From an uncultured delta proteobacterium (GTDB lineage: Bacteria > Desulfobacterota > Desulfobaccia > Desulfobaccales > 0-14-0-80-60-11), in the NCBI GenBank assembly GCA_963739295.1, contig CAVTZS010000005.1:88713-152712 (forward strand): a stretch of 64,000 nucleotides of DNA, written 5' to 3'. Under the pieces are notes generated by a model, which was given only the letters and a program-made list of their open reading frames with translations, was not told the origin of the DNA and ran no database searches. Of the stretch, positions 9,157 through 19,587 are shown piece after piece. Made by a program: the position numbers and the translations under genes. The stretch's first letter is position 1; each line of letters begins with the position of its first letter.

Positions 9157-10336
9157 CTAATCGACAAAACCAAGGGCCAGGCGGTCGGCCACTGCCAGGC
9201 CCTGAGGCGTGGCTCGGGCCCGGCCGTTTATAAGTCGCACCAGCCCCGATTTCTGTAACACGGCCAGCACCGTGGCCCACCGGGGATGATGGCGCAAGAC
9301 GTCCAGAGCCACGCCTTCTCTGGTTCTGAAGCCGAGATAAAAGGATTCCAGCTGCAGTTGTTCCGGGGAGAGGTTTTCGCTACCTGCCACCGGGGCCTGG
9401 CCGTCTGCCAGCGCCTGGCAATACTGGCTAAGGGACCGGTGGTTCCACCACCGCCTCCTCTCCGCAAAGGAATGGGCTGCGGGACCCAGGCCCAGGTAAG
9501 GCACATGTTGCCAGTATTTGCGGTTGTGCCGGGAGAAGTACTCCTCACCCCGGGCGAAGTTGGAGACTTCGTAGTGGATAAACCCGCGTTCCTCCAGGAA
9601 CCGGGAGGTTAGCAGAAACAGGGACCGTTGCTCCTCCTCTGCCGGAAGGGAGATTTGCCCCGCCGCGGCCCTGGCGCACTATTTGCGTCTCCTGCTCCAG
9701 GGTGAGCTGGTAGCAGGAGAGGTGTTCCGGCCGGTACTTTAGGGCCTTTTTTAGGGTCTTGGCCCAGGCTTTTTGGCTCTGCCCGGGCAAGCCATACATG
9801 AGGTCCAGACCCAGGTTGGCGAACCCCGCGGCCCTGACCGACTCCAGGGCTTGCTCGGTCTGCCGGGCCGTGTGTCTCCTACCCAGGAAGGAAAGCTCCC
9901 GCTCATCAAAGGACTGGACTCCCACACTGAGGCGATTGACCCCCAGATCCTTGAGCCGGGCCAGTTTGGCGGGTGAGAGGTCATCGGGATTGGCCTCCAG
10001 GGTAATCTCAGGGTCCGGGGCGAATCGGAAGTGGAACCTGAGGGAGTCCATCAGAGTGGCCAGTTCCCCATCAGAAAGTAGAGTGGGAGTGCCGCCCCCC
10101 AGGTAGAGGGAGTCAAAGCGGGAAAAAGTGTCTTGATATAGAAGGACTTCTTTCTGCACCGCCTCCAGCCAGGCGGGTATCAGGGACAGGCTGGTGGTGG
10201 AGTAGAAATCACAGTAAGGACATTTGGTCCGGCAAAAGGGGATGTGGATATAGAGGCCGGGTAGTGGCCCTCTTGCGGTTTTCGGTTTCACGGTTGGGGT
10301 TTTCTTAGGGAAAAGAACTACCTCGGCTGGCATCAA
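9157..10336 (-). CDS. hemW: radical SAM HemW/HemN-like heme chaperone (oxygen-independent coproporphyrinogen oxidase family), interrupted by an apparent frameshift near 9659-9675
   Basis: The N-terminal ORF has 'LYIHIPFCRTKCPYCDFYS' (CxxxCxxC). After '...CYQLTLEQETQIVRQ' the frame degenerates. A second frame then reads 'GQISLPAEEEQRSLFLLTSRFLEERGFIHYEVSNFARGEEYFSRHNRKYWQHVPYLGLGPAAHSF...' through to the stop at 9157. Confidence 0.8.
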
Positions 10337-10415
10337 CTTTTTTCAAGTTTTTAAATAGTTGTCAGCCCACCCAACCCTCCGGGGCCATTGCCGAAAACCG
10401 AAAACGGTGGAAAGC

Positions 10416-13082
10416 TTAAAGTTCCTTCTCTATCCGGTAGGTGGCGCCCTCTGCGTCTTTCTTTAACTGGAAGCCCATCTTCTTGACCATTTCCCGCATG
10501 GGCAGGTTTTCCGCCAGCACGTCGCCGCCGATAACTTTCACCCCTTGCTCCCGGGCAATCTCGGTAACCCGTTCCACCAATTTGGGGCCCAAACCCTTTC
10601 CCTGCCACTGGTCGGCGACGATTACCGCGAATTCGGCAGTTTCCCGGTCGGGATCCATAAACAGGCGGCTCACTCCCATCATGAGTTCCGGCCCCGGTGG
10701 CTGGCCGACGGCCATAAGACCCAATTCCCGGTCATAGTCATTCTGGGTGAAGCGGATGAGCATTTCGTGGGTCCAGTTCCGGATTAACCGGAAGTAGCGG
10801 AAATATACGGTTTCTTCCGAACACTTTCTCAGAAAGTCATACACCAGGGGCTCATCTTCGGGCTTCATGGGCCGCAACATCACCGGCGTGCCGTCCCGGA
10901 GCATCCAAAAACTCTCGTATTGGTTAGGGTAGGGGGCGATGATAAGGTGACGCGGCGCCTTAACGGTGCTGGGCTCAATGACCAGGCTGGCATCCACCGC
11001 CACCACCTTGTCGCCGCTGAGAATTAGGGGATTGATGTCCAGTTCCACGATCTCGGGAAAGTCTGTGACCAATTGAGACATCCGTACCAGGATTTCGGCT
11101 ATAAGATCCAGGTTGCCCGGCGGTATATGGCGGTAACCCTGAATAATCTGATAGGCGCGAGTTTTCTGAATCAGCCGTTTGGCCAGGAGGAGATTTAACG
11201 GGGGCACATCCACGGCCCAGTCCTTCAACACCTCGGTAAACACCCCACCCAGTCCGAAAAGGATCAGGGGGCCGAAATCAGGATCCCGTTGGCTGCCCAG
11301 GAGCAACTCCAGGTCAGGTTTGGTCTCCTGGGTCTGGACCGTAACCCCCAAGATATTGGCCTGGGCATGGTGGCTCCGGACCTGTTGCATCATCTCTTCA
11401 TAGGCGCGCATGACCTCCTTTTCATTGTGGAGATTAAAACACACCCCTCCCGCCTCGGATTTGTGCGGGATATCTGGAGAGTTGATCTTCAGCACCACGG
11501 GAAACCCGAGATTTTTGGCCTCATGGGCCGCGTCCCGGGCCGAAGAGGCCGCGACCGTGCTGTTGATGGGAATGCCGTAAGCCGATAGGATGGCTTTGGA
11601 TTCCAACTCCGTCAGGATCCGGGCCTTTCGGGCCAGGCATTGGTCGATGAAATTTCGGGCCTGCTTGTGGTTCACCGTGATTTCCCGGGGCATCCGGGGC
11701 GGGGTCTCCTGCAGCAGTTCCAGGTGCCGGCTGTAGAAATACATCTCCATGAAGGTATCCACCGCCGGCTCCGGGGTTTCAAAGGTGGGGATTCCGGCGT
11801 CGTTAAGGATTTTCACCCCTTCAGCCACATCCTGCCCCCCCATCCAGACCGCGAATACCGGCTTGGCTTTACCCTTGGCTTCTGGCACGATGGCCTGGGC
11901 CACTTCGGTAGAATCCGTCTCGGCCTGAGGCGACAGGATGATCACCAGGCCGGAGAGCTCCTGAGCCTCCATACAGATGCGCACCGTCCGGGCATACCTC
12001 TCCGGAGCGGCGTCGCCCAAGATATCCAGGGGGTTGGCCCGGCTCCACACCGGGGGGATAAACTCGTCCAGCTTGGCCAGGGTTTCGGGGCTCAGGGGCG
12101 CAGGTTCTAAATCCCAGCGACTCAGGGCATCAGCGGCCATCACCCCCAGCCCGCCGGCATTGGTAATAACCCCCAGGGCGCTGCCCAAGGGACGCCTCAT
12201 TTTCCCCAGGGCCTCGGCGCAGTCAAATAGTTGCCCGATGGTGTCCACCCGGATAATGCCGGCCCGGCGAAAGGCCGCGCTGTAGGCGGCGTCTTCACCG
12301 GCCAGGGCCCCCGTATGGGAGGCCGAGGCCCTGGCCCCCGCCTGGCTCCGGCCGGCTTTGATGGCGATAATGGGTTTAACCCGGGACACGGAGCGCGCCG
12401 CGCTCATAAACTGGCGGTGGCCGATCAAGCTTTCCAAATAAACCACGATGCTGCGCACGTTTTCTTTGTCGCCCAGGTAGTCGAACAAATCGGCAAAATC
12501 CACGTCCTCCATGGAGCCCACGTTGACGAAGTGACTGAAACCGATCTTCTTGAGGGTGGCCCATCCCAAAATGGAGCTGCAGATCGCCCCGCTCTGGGAG
12601 ATGAAGGCCAAATTGCCCGGCAGGGCGGTATGCTCCAGCAAACTGGCGTTGAGGTTTTTAGGGGGACAGATGATCCCCATGCAGTTCGGTCCCACATACC
12701 GCACGCCGGCTTTCCTGGCGGTTTCCTTGATTTCCGCCTCAATCTTGACCCCGGGTTCCCCAATCTCTTTGCCCCCCGCGGATACGATGATGGCTCCCTT
12801 GATCCCGGCTTCGCCGCACTCCTTAATAATGCCGGGCACCGTCTTAATAGGAACGGCGATGATCGCCAAATCGATGGGCTCCTTTACCGCCCCGATGGTG
12901 GGATAAGCTTTAAGGCCCAGGATTTCCTGATATTGGGGATGGATGGGAAAGATCTTTCCCGGGAAATTCGACTTTATAATATTATTCACCAGGGTATATC
13001 CGATATGGTGTTCCTTCTGGCTGGCCCCGATGATAGCCACTGAAGTCGCCGTGAAGAAGCAATCCAGGGGACTCCTTTTCAT
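10416..13082 (-). CDS. bifunctional ADP-forming acyl-CoA synthetase-like / GNAT protein (Pat/YfiQ-type protein lysine acetyltransferase architecture)
   Basis: 888 aa. It has an N-terminal CoA-binding fold 'VAIIGASQKEHHIGY', a succinyl-CoA-synthetase-like region plus an ATP-grasp region, and a C-terminal GNAT with 'QWQGKGLGPKLV'. Confidence 0.8.
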   Translation of the reverse strand: MKRSPLDCFFTATSVAIIGASQKEHHIGYTLVNNIIKSNFPGKIFPIHPQYQEILGLKAYPTIGAVKEPIDLAIIAVPIKTVPGIIKECGEAGIKGAIIVSAGGKEIGEPGVKIEAEIKETARKAGVRYVGPNCMGIICPPKNLNASLLEHTALPGNLAFISQSGAICSSILGWATLKKIGFSHFVNVGSMEDVDFADLFDYLGDKENVRSIVVYLESLIGHRQFMSAARSVSRVKPIIAIKAGRSQAGARASASHTGALAGEDAAYSAAFRRAGIIRVDTIGQLFDCAEALGKMRRPLGSALGVITNAGGLGVMAADALSRWDLEPAPLSPETLAKLDEFIPPVWSRANPLDILGDAAPERYARTVRICMEAQELSGLVIILSPQAETDSTEVAQAIVPEAKGKAKPVFAVWMGGQDVAEGVKILNDAGIPTFETPEPAVDTFMEMYFYSRHLELLQETPPRMPREITVNHKQARNFIDQCLARKARILTELESKAILSAYGIPINSTVAASSARDAAHEAKNLGFPVVLKINSPDIPHKSEAGGVCFNLHNEKEVMRAYEEMMQQVRSHHAQANILGVTVQTQETKPDLELLLGSQRDPDFGPLILFGLGGVFTEVLKDWAVDVPPLNLLLAKRLIQKTRAYQIIQGYRHIPPGNLDLIAEILVRMSQLVTDFPEIVELDINPLILSGDKVVAVDASLVIEPSTVKAPRHLIIAPYPNQYESFWMLRDGTPVMLRPMKPEDEPLVYDFLRKCSEETVYFRYFRLIRNWTHEMLIRFTQNDYDRELGLMAVGQPPGPELMMGVSRLFMDPDRETAEFAVIVADQWQGKGLGPKLVERVTEIAREQGVKVIGGDVLAENLPMREMVKKMGFQLKKDAEGATYRIEKEL

Positions 13083-13258
13083 CCTCTCCTCCTTATCCTC
13101 TTAAAAGCAAGCCCTGACGCGGGTAAAGACTTCAGCCGGGCTGAGGCCAGGGACGCCGACCGAAAAAAGACCTCTAAAGAAGAAGTGATATTTCCAATAA
13201 AAGTATAGAATGCAAGGTATTTCAACTCAATTATACTCCACACCAGGAAATTCGCATC

Positions 13259-15055
13259 TCATTCCTGATCCGTGCGCAACACGGCCACGAAGGCGCTCTG
13301 GGGGACCATCACCGCGCCCACCATCTTCATGCGTTTCTTGCCGGCCCGCTGTTTTTCCAGGAGTTTGCGCTTGCGGGTAATGTCGCCGCCGTAGCACTTG
13401 GCGGTGACGTCCTTCCGAAAAGCGGAGATGGTGGAACGGGAGATAATTTGCCCGCCAATGGCCCCCTGAATGGCGATCTTGAACTGCTGCCGGGGGATTT
13501 CGTCCTTCAAGCGCTCGCACACCCTGACCCCCCACTCCCGGGCGCGCTCTTTGTGGACGATCATGCTCAGGGCGTCCAGCTTTTCCCCGTTTACCAGGAT
13601 ATCCAGCTTCACCAGGTCACTCTCCCGGTGCTCCAGCAGATCGTAATCAAAAGAGCCGTAACCCTGGGTGACGGTCTTCAGGCGGTCGTAGAAGTCAATG
13701 ATCGCCTCGGCCAGGGGCATCTCCAGGGTGACTTCCACCCTACCTTCCGTGGGATAGCTGAAGCGGGAATTGACCCCGCGGCGCTCGACGCAGAGCTTCA
13801 GCACCGCGCCCAGATACCGCTCCGGCGTGAGAATGGTGGCCTTAATGAAGGGCTCCAGGCCCCTTTGGATACGGATGGGCTCGGGGTAATGCTGGGGATT
13901 ATCCACGATCACAGTCTTGCCGTCCGTCAGGACAAACTGATACTGGACTCCGGGGACGGTCATGATGAGGCTTTGCCCGAACTCCCGCTCCAAGCGCTCC
14001 TGGACGATCTCCAGGTGCAGCAGCCCCAGAAAACCGGAACGGAAGCCCTGGCCCAGGGCGGCGGAAGAATCTTTCTGAAAAATCAGGGACGCGTCGTTTA
14101 GCTGGTATTTTTCCAGGGCCTCCGCCAGGGCTTGATAGTCGTCGGCGGAGACCGGATAGAGGGACGCGAACACCACGGGTTTCACTTCCTTGAAGCCGGG
14201 CAGCGGCTGGGTCGCGGGGTGCCCCTCCAGGGTGACGGTATCCCCGATGCGGGTGTCCCGCACGGTTTTGATGCCCGCGATGATGTAGCCCACCATGCCG
14301 GCGGTGAGCACTTTTTGAGGCTCCCGGGTCAGCCAGAAGGTCCCCACCTCCTCCACCTTGTAGGTGGTGTTATGGGACATGAGCCGGATAACGTCCCCGG
14401 GCCGGAGGGCGCCGTCAAAGAGGCGGCAGGAGATGATGGCCCCCCGGAAAGAATCGTACTGCGCGTCAAAGATCAGGGCGGTGAGGGGCTTGGCTTTATC
14501 CCCCCCGGGAGGCGGGATCTGGGTCACGATGGCCTTAAGGATATCCTCAATGCCGATCCCTTCTTTGGCGGAGCACAGAATCGCCTGGTCCGCGTCCAGT
14601 CCCAACTCCTGCTCGATCTGCTCCTTGACTTTGGTAACATCCGCGTTGGGCAGGTCAATCTTGTTGATCACCGGGATGATGGCCAGGTCGTGCTCCATGG
14701 CCAGATAGAGGTTGGCCACGGTCTGGGCCTCCACCCCCTGGGAGGCGTCCACCAGGAGGAGCACCCCCTCGCAGGAAGCCAGGGCCCGGGAGACTTCGTA
14801 GGAAAAATCCACATGCCCCGGAGTGTCGATGAGGTTTAGAGCATATGCCTCGCCGCTGGGGGCCAGGTAGGGCAGGGTGATGGTATTGCTCTTGATGGTG
14901 ATGCCCCGCTCTCTTTCTATGTCCATGGTGTCCAGGATCTGGTCCCGGAACTGGCGCTCCCCCACCAGGCCGGTGTACTGAATCAACCGGTCCGCCAGGG
15001 TGGACTTGCCGTGGTCAATATGGGCGATGATGCTGAAATTGCGGATTTGCGGCAT
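13259..15055 (-). CDS. lepA: translation elongation factor 4
   Basis: 598 aa with 'NFSIIAHIDHGKSTLADRL', 'DTPGHVDF' and 'NKID'. The LepA-specific C-terminal region 'KCYGGDITRKRKLLEKQ' is present. Confidence 0.95.
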   Translation of the reverse strand: MPQIRNFSIIAHIDHGKSTLADRLIQYTGLVGERQFRDQILDTMDIERERGITIKSNTITLPYLAPSGEAYALNLIDTPGHVDFSYEVSRALASCEGVLLLVDASQGVEAQTVANLYLAMEHDLAIIPVINKIDLPNADVTKVKEQIEQELGLDADQAILCSAKEGIGIEDILKAIVTQIPPPGGDKAKPLTALIFDAQYDSFRGAIISCRLFDGALRPGDVIRLMSHNTTYKVEEVGTFWLTREPQKVLTAGMVGYIIAGIKTVRDTRIGDTVTLEGHPATQPLPGFKEVKPVVFASLYPVSADDYQALAEALEKYQLNDASLIFQKDSSAALGQGFRSGFLGLLHLEIVQERLEREFGQSLIMTVPGVQYQFVLTDGKTVIVDNPQHYPEPIRIQRGLEPFIKATILTPERYLGAVLKLCVERRGVNSRFSYPTEGRVEVTLEMPLAEAIIDFYDRLKTVTQGYGSFDYDLLEHRESDLVKLDILVNGEKLDALSMIVHKERAREWGVRVCERLKDEIPRQQFKIAIQGAIGGQIISRSTISAFRKDVTAKCYGGDITRKRKLLEKQRAGKKRMKMVGAVMVPQSAFVAVLRTDQE

Positions 15056-15590
15056 GCTGGATTACTATTTTCTATAATATGACTAAATGAATAGAAGGTA
15101 TATTTTATTCTTCGAAATATCATATATTTGTTCAGAGACTTGTCCTTTTCTCGTTCTATTAATTCTTCTTTATCAAGCTTTTCGCCAAATTTTGCAACTT
15201 TCTGAACATAACATCCCACGTCATCCGCAATCTTGCGGGCAACCAAACGATTGAGATTTAGAGGCTGATCTAATAGCCCCAATTATTTTTGTCTCCTCCT
15301 CTGTAAATCTATCCGTGCAAATTGCTGATGGGATCAACCGCAAATCTTCTTTATCTTTTGGGCAAAATTTAAGTGTTTCATCCCTGCAACTTGAATTTCG
15401 CTCTCACGATAAGTCCTTCGACATTTTAAGCATTGATAAGTTGGTTCCGAAGTTATGGCATAATATGTTCATAGAAAGGGGCTATTACTTCATCATATGC
15501 AAACCGCTGCTGACGGATTATGTTTTTATCGGTAGTAAACTCCAAATTATTTTCAATACATACGCCATAATCAAAACAATATAAGCTTCT

Positions 15591-16688
15591 TTATGCACTA
15601 TCTTTTTTGGTTGTACGACCTTTAGTTAATAAATGAACGAGGAAAAACATATTTAGGTATTTCAGAGCTTCTTCATATTTTATTAATACCATAAAATGAC
15701 TTCCAGATTTGCCTTTTTGTCGCTCCTGTGACGCTCTATCTAAAAGAGCATGCCAAAGGTCGCTTACATGGCCTGGAATAGCAATATCATTTTTGCTTGC
15801 ACCAGACATTTGATCCAGATACGCTTTTGATGCATAGCCAATTCCGTAATCGATGTCTGATTTTCTAATTTTACCCCCATTTGCCCGCCTACGATTCCAA
15901 GCTTGTTGTAATATGATTCCAAGTGTTCATGGAACTCCCATAGCCTCACGACTTAATTCTTGCCATACCTTTTTCGGTTCATTAAACAATTGTTCCGGGG
16001 TAGGGCAGCTATAAGCTTTTAATCTGCTATTAACGATTTTTTCAGCATGTTCTTGTAGCCCTCTCATGGCTTCGTTAAGGCCTTGATTCCTTTCCACAAA
16101 AGAATCAAGATCTAATGAGACTTCAAAAAGATCGCGTTATAAAATGATGGAACTTCCAAGAGAATAATTATAAGTGATGGCACATAATTTTATAAAAACG
16201 CCTGCATGAGTACCCAACATCTTCCTTAGCAACGTTGTAAAACGTCCTTGCAACTCGGAAGAAAGTGAAGAAAATTCATCAACAAAAACATAAATTGCCG
16301 AAATATTGGCTTTTTGCCTTAAAGATTGAAGAATTCTTAATACATCAATAACAGCTAATCGATATTTAGTCTCTGATCTGGATGTAGATTTAAGCGCAAT
16401 TTCGGTTTCATTATCTTGAGAAAATTCCGCAGCAATTTCTGGTAAGGCAGGAGATAATTTTGACCCAATGCCAATTTTCTGTTTGCTTTTTCTCTTAGTT
16501 GCTTCCTCAATAGCTGTTCTTTTGGAATTATATGCCTGGAATTCCTTTTTGTAATAATTTTCAGGTTTATTTGATATGATAAGCATACCTCTGTTATCAT
16601 TGAGAAGGGGTTCGTATAAGCTATTGGGAATAATATGAGCCTCTACGCATTTCTTATCTTCTAAGCAAAATTTGCAAGCCATGCCCAT
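15591..16688 (-). pseudogene. decayed AT-rich gene remnant (HNH-like N-terminus fused to a Walker-B-containing ATPase-like body; in-frame stop plus frameshift)
   Basis: The 183-aa ORF (16688..16137) ends at an in-frame TAA. The same frame continues for 69 codons ('RDLFEVSLDLDSFVERNQGLNEAMRGLQEHAEK...'). A frame change then opens about 110 more codons ending at 15591. It has 'CKFC...EAHIIP' and 'IYVFVDEF' but no Walker A. Confidence 0.5.
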
Positions 16689-17293
16689 TCGCCTTAATTA
16701 AATTTAAGTAATTGGTGTAAATGGTAGTTCCGAACGATTGGTTTCCAATCTATTATAATATGTTACATTTTTTGAAAATTCCCGTCCACCTTTAGATAGG
16801 CTTTAGCGATCCTGTCTGCCACCTTTATTTTCTGGAGTTTATAATTTCATTATATGGCAGATAATATTTATATAAGATATAATGTACAAAAGCTCCGGAG
16901 ACGCCGATATATTTTACCCCGCATGGCCTCCTGGGGGCGGCGGGAGGTCGGGCAGGCGCCTCGCAGAGGCGCAAAACGCGAGGTTTAAGGAATGGACGAA
17001 TACGGCTGTGATTGGGATTACACCCCGGAGAAAAAACCCCTGACTGCGGTGTTGGCCCATCCGCTGCACGGACGGCTCATCGAAAAGGCAGTCTTGATGA
17101 TCAGCAATTGCCTGAGGTATGGCGGGTGTCTTTATACCTTTAGGTGGAAGGACCAGGATGTCGCCTTTTATGAACTCGTGGCTTAAACGATCAGGTATTG
17201 CTTAGAACACGGCCCTCTTAGAGAGAAGGCCAAAAGCCGGGGCGGGTGTTAAACCCGCCCCGGCGCCTTTAGAGGTCCAGAAATAAGGGTTTA

Positions 17294-17824
17294 TTATTCA
17301 AGATAATCGCCGCCTGCGACCTTCTCTCCCTGTTTCATGATGGCCGTCAGATACTTTTGCGCAAAGGCCAAGTAATCGCCTTCCACCACAAAACCATATC
17401 TGATATAGCTCTCAGTCTTGTTGAGCTTAACATTCCTGGCCACCAGGAAGATATTCTTGTTTATATTAGCCGGGGGCCCGTAGTAATTATAATAAATATT
17501 GGGAACATGGTGGACCATGATGATAAGACCGCTATCGTCCAGAACCGTCAGCGTCTGATAGATTTTCTTATCCGGCCCCAGCGGGTCAATTACCGCGCCC
17601 TTGACGATGAGGCCATTGCCTTCCTGGTTCAGCTTTTTCAGGGTGGCGTCAATCTTCGCCAGTATCTGCTCCTTTTCTTTAAGTGATATTTTCTTGTATC
17701 GGTAAAAATAACCCGCCGGCCATTGCTTGGCTTTAACGGAGGCATCTTCACCCAAGACAGATAAAGGATTGCCGATAATAAATGAAAATATGATGGTAAT
17801 GCAGGCAGCCGGTTTTTTAATCAT
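17294..17824 (-). CDS. hypothetical secreted protein
   Basis: 176 aa with a signal peptide 'MIKKPAACITIIFSFIIGNPLSVLG'. GC is low, and I recognise no family. Confidence 0.5.
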   Translation of the reverse strand: MIKKPAACITIIFSFIIGNPLSVLGEDASVKAKQWPAGYFYRYKKISLKEKEQILAKIDATLKKLNQEGNGLIVKGAVIDPLGPDKKIYQTLTVLDDSGLIIMVHHVPNIYYNYYGPPANINKNIFLVARNVKLNKTESYIRYGFVVEGDYLAFAQKYLTAIMKQGEKVAGGDYLE

Positions 17825-17904
17825 TGTAAGCTTTAATTACGAAATTTTAGCGACTACTATATCAAAAAATCAGCTACGCTTCTACTCTGGCGAGAAGCAA
17901 TCAT

Positions 17905-17968
17905 GAGGGGTTGGGGGTAGGGGTTGGGGGAAGGGGGCAGGGGTCTACAACCCCTGACCCCCTTCCCC
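17905..17968. repeat. GC-rich REP-like palindromic element (copy D)
   Basis: GAGGGGTTGGGGGTAGGGGTTGGGGGAAGGGGGCAGGGG-tctacaa-CCCCTGACCCCCTTCCCC, 3' of the MBL hydrolase gene. Confidence 0.7.
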
Positions 17969-17989
17969 GATATCCTTCTTAGCCCATCA

Positions 17990-19039
17990 TCAAGGCAAGG
18001 CCCGGGTCTCGCCGATCTTCATAACCACAAATTTTTCTTCCCCTATCCCTGCTTGGCCTAAGGCCCGCCGCAAGAACAGGGGCGGCTCGCCCAGGGGTTC
18101 GTCCGTAAGCTTGAAGGTGCCCCAGTGCATGCCGATGGACTGCTGGGAGCGGAGGTCTTGATGCATCCGCACCGCTTCTTCAGGGTTCACATGCATGGCA
18201 CGCATGAACCAGCGGGGCATATAGCCGCCGATGGGAAGTAAAGAGAGGCGCAGGGGCCCGAAACGGGCGCCGATTTTCTGAAAATCCGGACCATAGCCGG
18301 TGTCGCAAGAGAAAAAGATCCTACCCGCAGGGGTCTCCATTACCCAGCAGGACCAGAGGGTGGCGTCCCGGTCCAAGAGGGAGCGGCTGGAAAAGTGTTG
18401 CGCCGGCACGCAGTGAAAGCGGAGCGGGCCCAGGTCCGCAGACTGCCACCAATCCAACTCCACCACGTTATGTAGCCCCGCTTTTTCAAACCACGCCGCC
18501 AGTCCCAGGGGCACCAAGAACTGGAGACGGTTTCCCAAGTTCTTCACGGTGGCGGCATCAAGATGATCATAGTGGTTATGACTGATAATTACTGCGTCAA
18601 TCCGGGGCAGGTCTTCCCAGGGAACCCCGGGAGGGACGCAGCGCTTGGGACCGGCAAAAGAAAGGGGGGAGGCCCGCTCGCTGAACATGGGATCGGTGAG
18701 GATATTGAGGCCGGCGATCTGGATCAGGAAGGTGGCATGACCGATCCAGGTGACCTGGATCCGGCCCGGGTCCGGACTGTTGAGATGATTCAGGTCAGGA
18801 GCCAGGACTTCCGGCCGGTAGGGGGGAACTGCTTCCGGCGGCAAAGCCGGTTCTTCCTTGGGGCCCAGGCCCAGTTGCCAGCGGAGGAGACCCAGGAGGC
18901 GGCTCGGCTGGGGTTTAAGGTGCAAATTCCGGAACCCCCGGGGCCCGTGGTGGGGCGGGGTGGAAGGGCTGGGCGACCCTCCCGGATGGTTACAGCCGCC
19001 CATAACCGCCAAGCAGGAGAGGATAAACACTAAAACCAT
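17990..19039 (-). CDS. MBL-fold metallo-hydrolase (NAPE-PLD-like), probable lipoprotein
   Basis: 349 aa with a lipobox 'LAVMGGC' and the metal motif 'ISHNHYDHLD'. Confidence 0.75.
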   Translation of the reverse strand: MVLVFILSCLAVMGGCNHPGGSPSPSTPPHHGPRGFRNLHLKPQPSRLLGLLRWQLGLGPKEEPALPPEAVPPYRPEVLAPDLNHLNSPDPGRIQVTWIGHATFLIQIAGLNILTDPMFSERASPLSFAGPKRCVPPGVPWEDLPRIDAVIISHNHYDHLDAATVKNLGNRLQFLVPLGLAAWFEKAGLHNVVELDWWQSADLGPLRFHCVPAQHFSSRSLLDRDATLWSCWVMETPAGRIFFSCDTGYGPDFQKIGARFGPLRLSLLPIGGYMPRWFMRAMHVNPEEAVRMHQDLRSQQSIGMHWGTFKLTDEPLGEPPLFLRRALGQAGIGEEKFVVMKIGETRALP

Positions 19040-19098
19040 GGCCTATATTATAACCCTGGATCTTCCAGGCCTTAAGCTCTCATTAAATTAACATTTCT

Positions 19099-19575
19099 TT
19101 AATCGAAGCTCACTTGAGCTTCGGGCGGCTCCAGCTCGGCGGGCACTTCGGCGAAGGGGAAAGGCCGCGGGTTCTCGTTCAAGGTCAGGTAGCGCATCAC
19201 CCGGTAGGCATAGGCCGCCACCCGGTTGGAGAATTTTCTGGCCGGCTCGCTGTACTTCAGGGTGATCAACAGGTAGATGAATTGAAACAGAGTGGTCAAT
19301 TGGATGAGGATTTTCAGGATTTCCAAGATAATCAGGTAAAGAATGGTGTAAAGGAAGCGGATGCCGATGCCTTTGCGGGTAACCGCCGGGGTGGGGCTCT
19401 CGTTCATGAGGACTCCTTTCACTATTTCCAGGGATAAATGGTGGGCGAGGTCCAATGGGGGCCCATAATTCCGAACCAGGTTCAGTGAGGTGCAGATCTC
19501 CGATAGGGAAAAGGATTCTGCGCTTGGCTCAGAATGACCGAGTAGATCAGGTTTTGAGAATTTGCTTTTTGCCAC
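19099..19575 (-). CDS. DUF4389-like membrane protein
   Basis: 158 aa with two TM helices followed by 'YAYRVMRYLTLNENPRPFPF', which I recall as typical of DUF4389. This call is from memory only. Confidence 0.5.
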   Translation of the reverse strand: MAKSKFSKPDLLGHSEPSAESFSLSEICTSLNLVRNYGPPLDLAHHLSLEIVKGVLMNESPTPAVTRKGIGIRFLYTILYLIILEILKILIQLTTLFQFIYLLITLKYSEPARKFSNRVAAYAYRVMRYLTLNENPRPFPFAEVPAELEPPEAQVSFD

Positions 19576-19587
19576 TCGACTCCGCCT

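Noticed and set aside
14983-15282. 99-aa ORF overlapping the lepA start.
   Set aside because: Its 3' third runs through the lepA coding start and promoter in another frame. The upstream part belongs to the decayed AT-rich islet, so I treat it as debris and not a gene.
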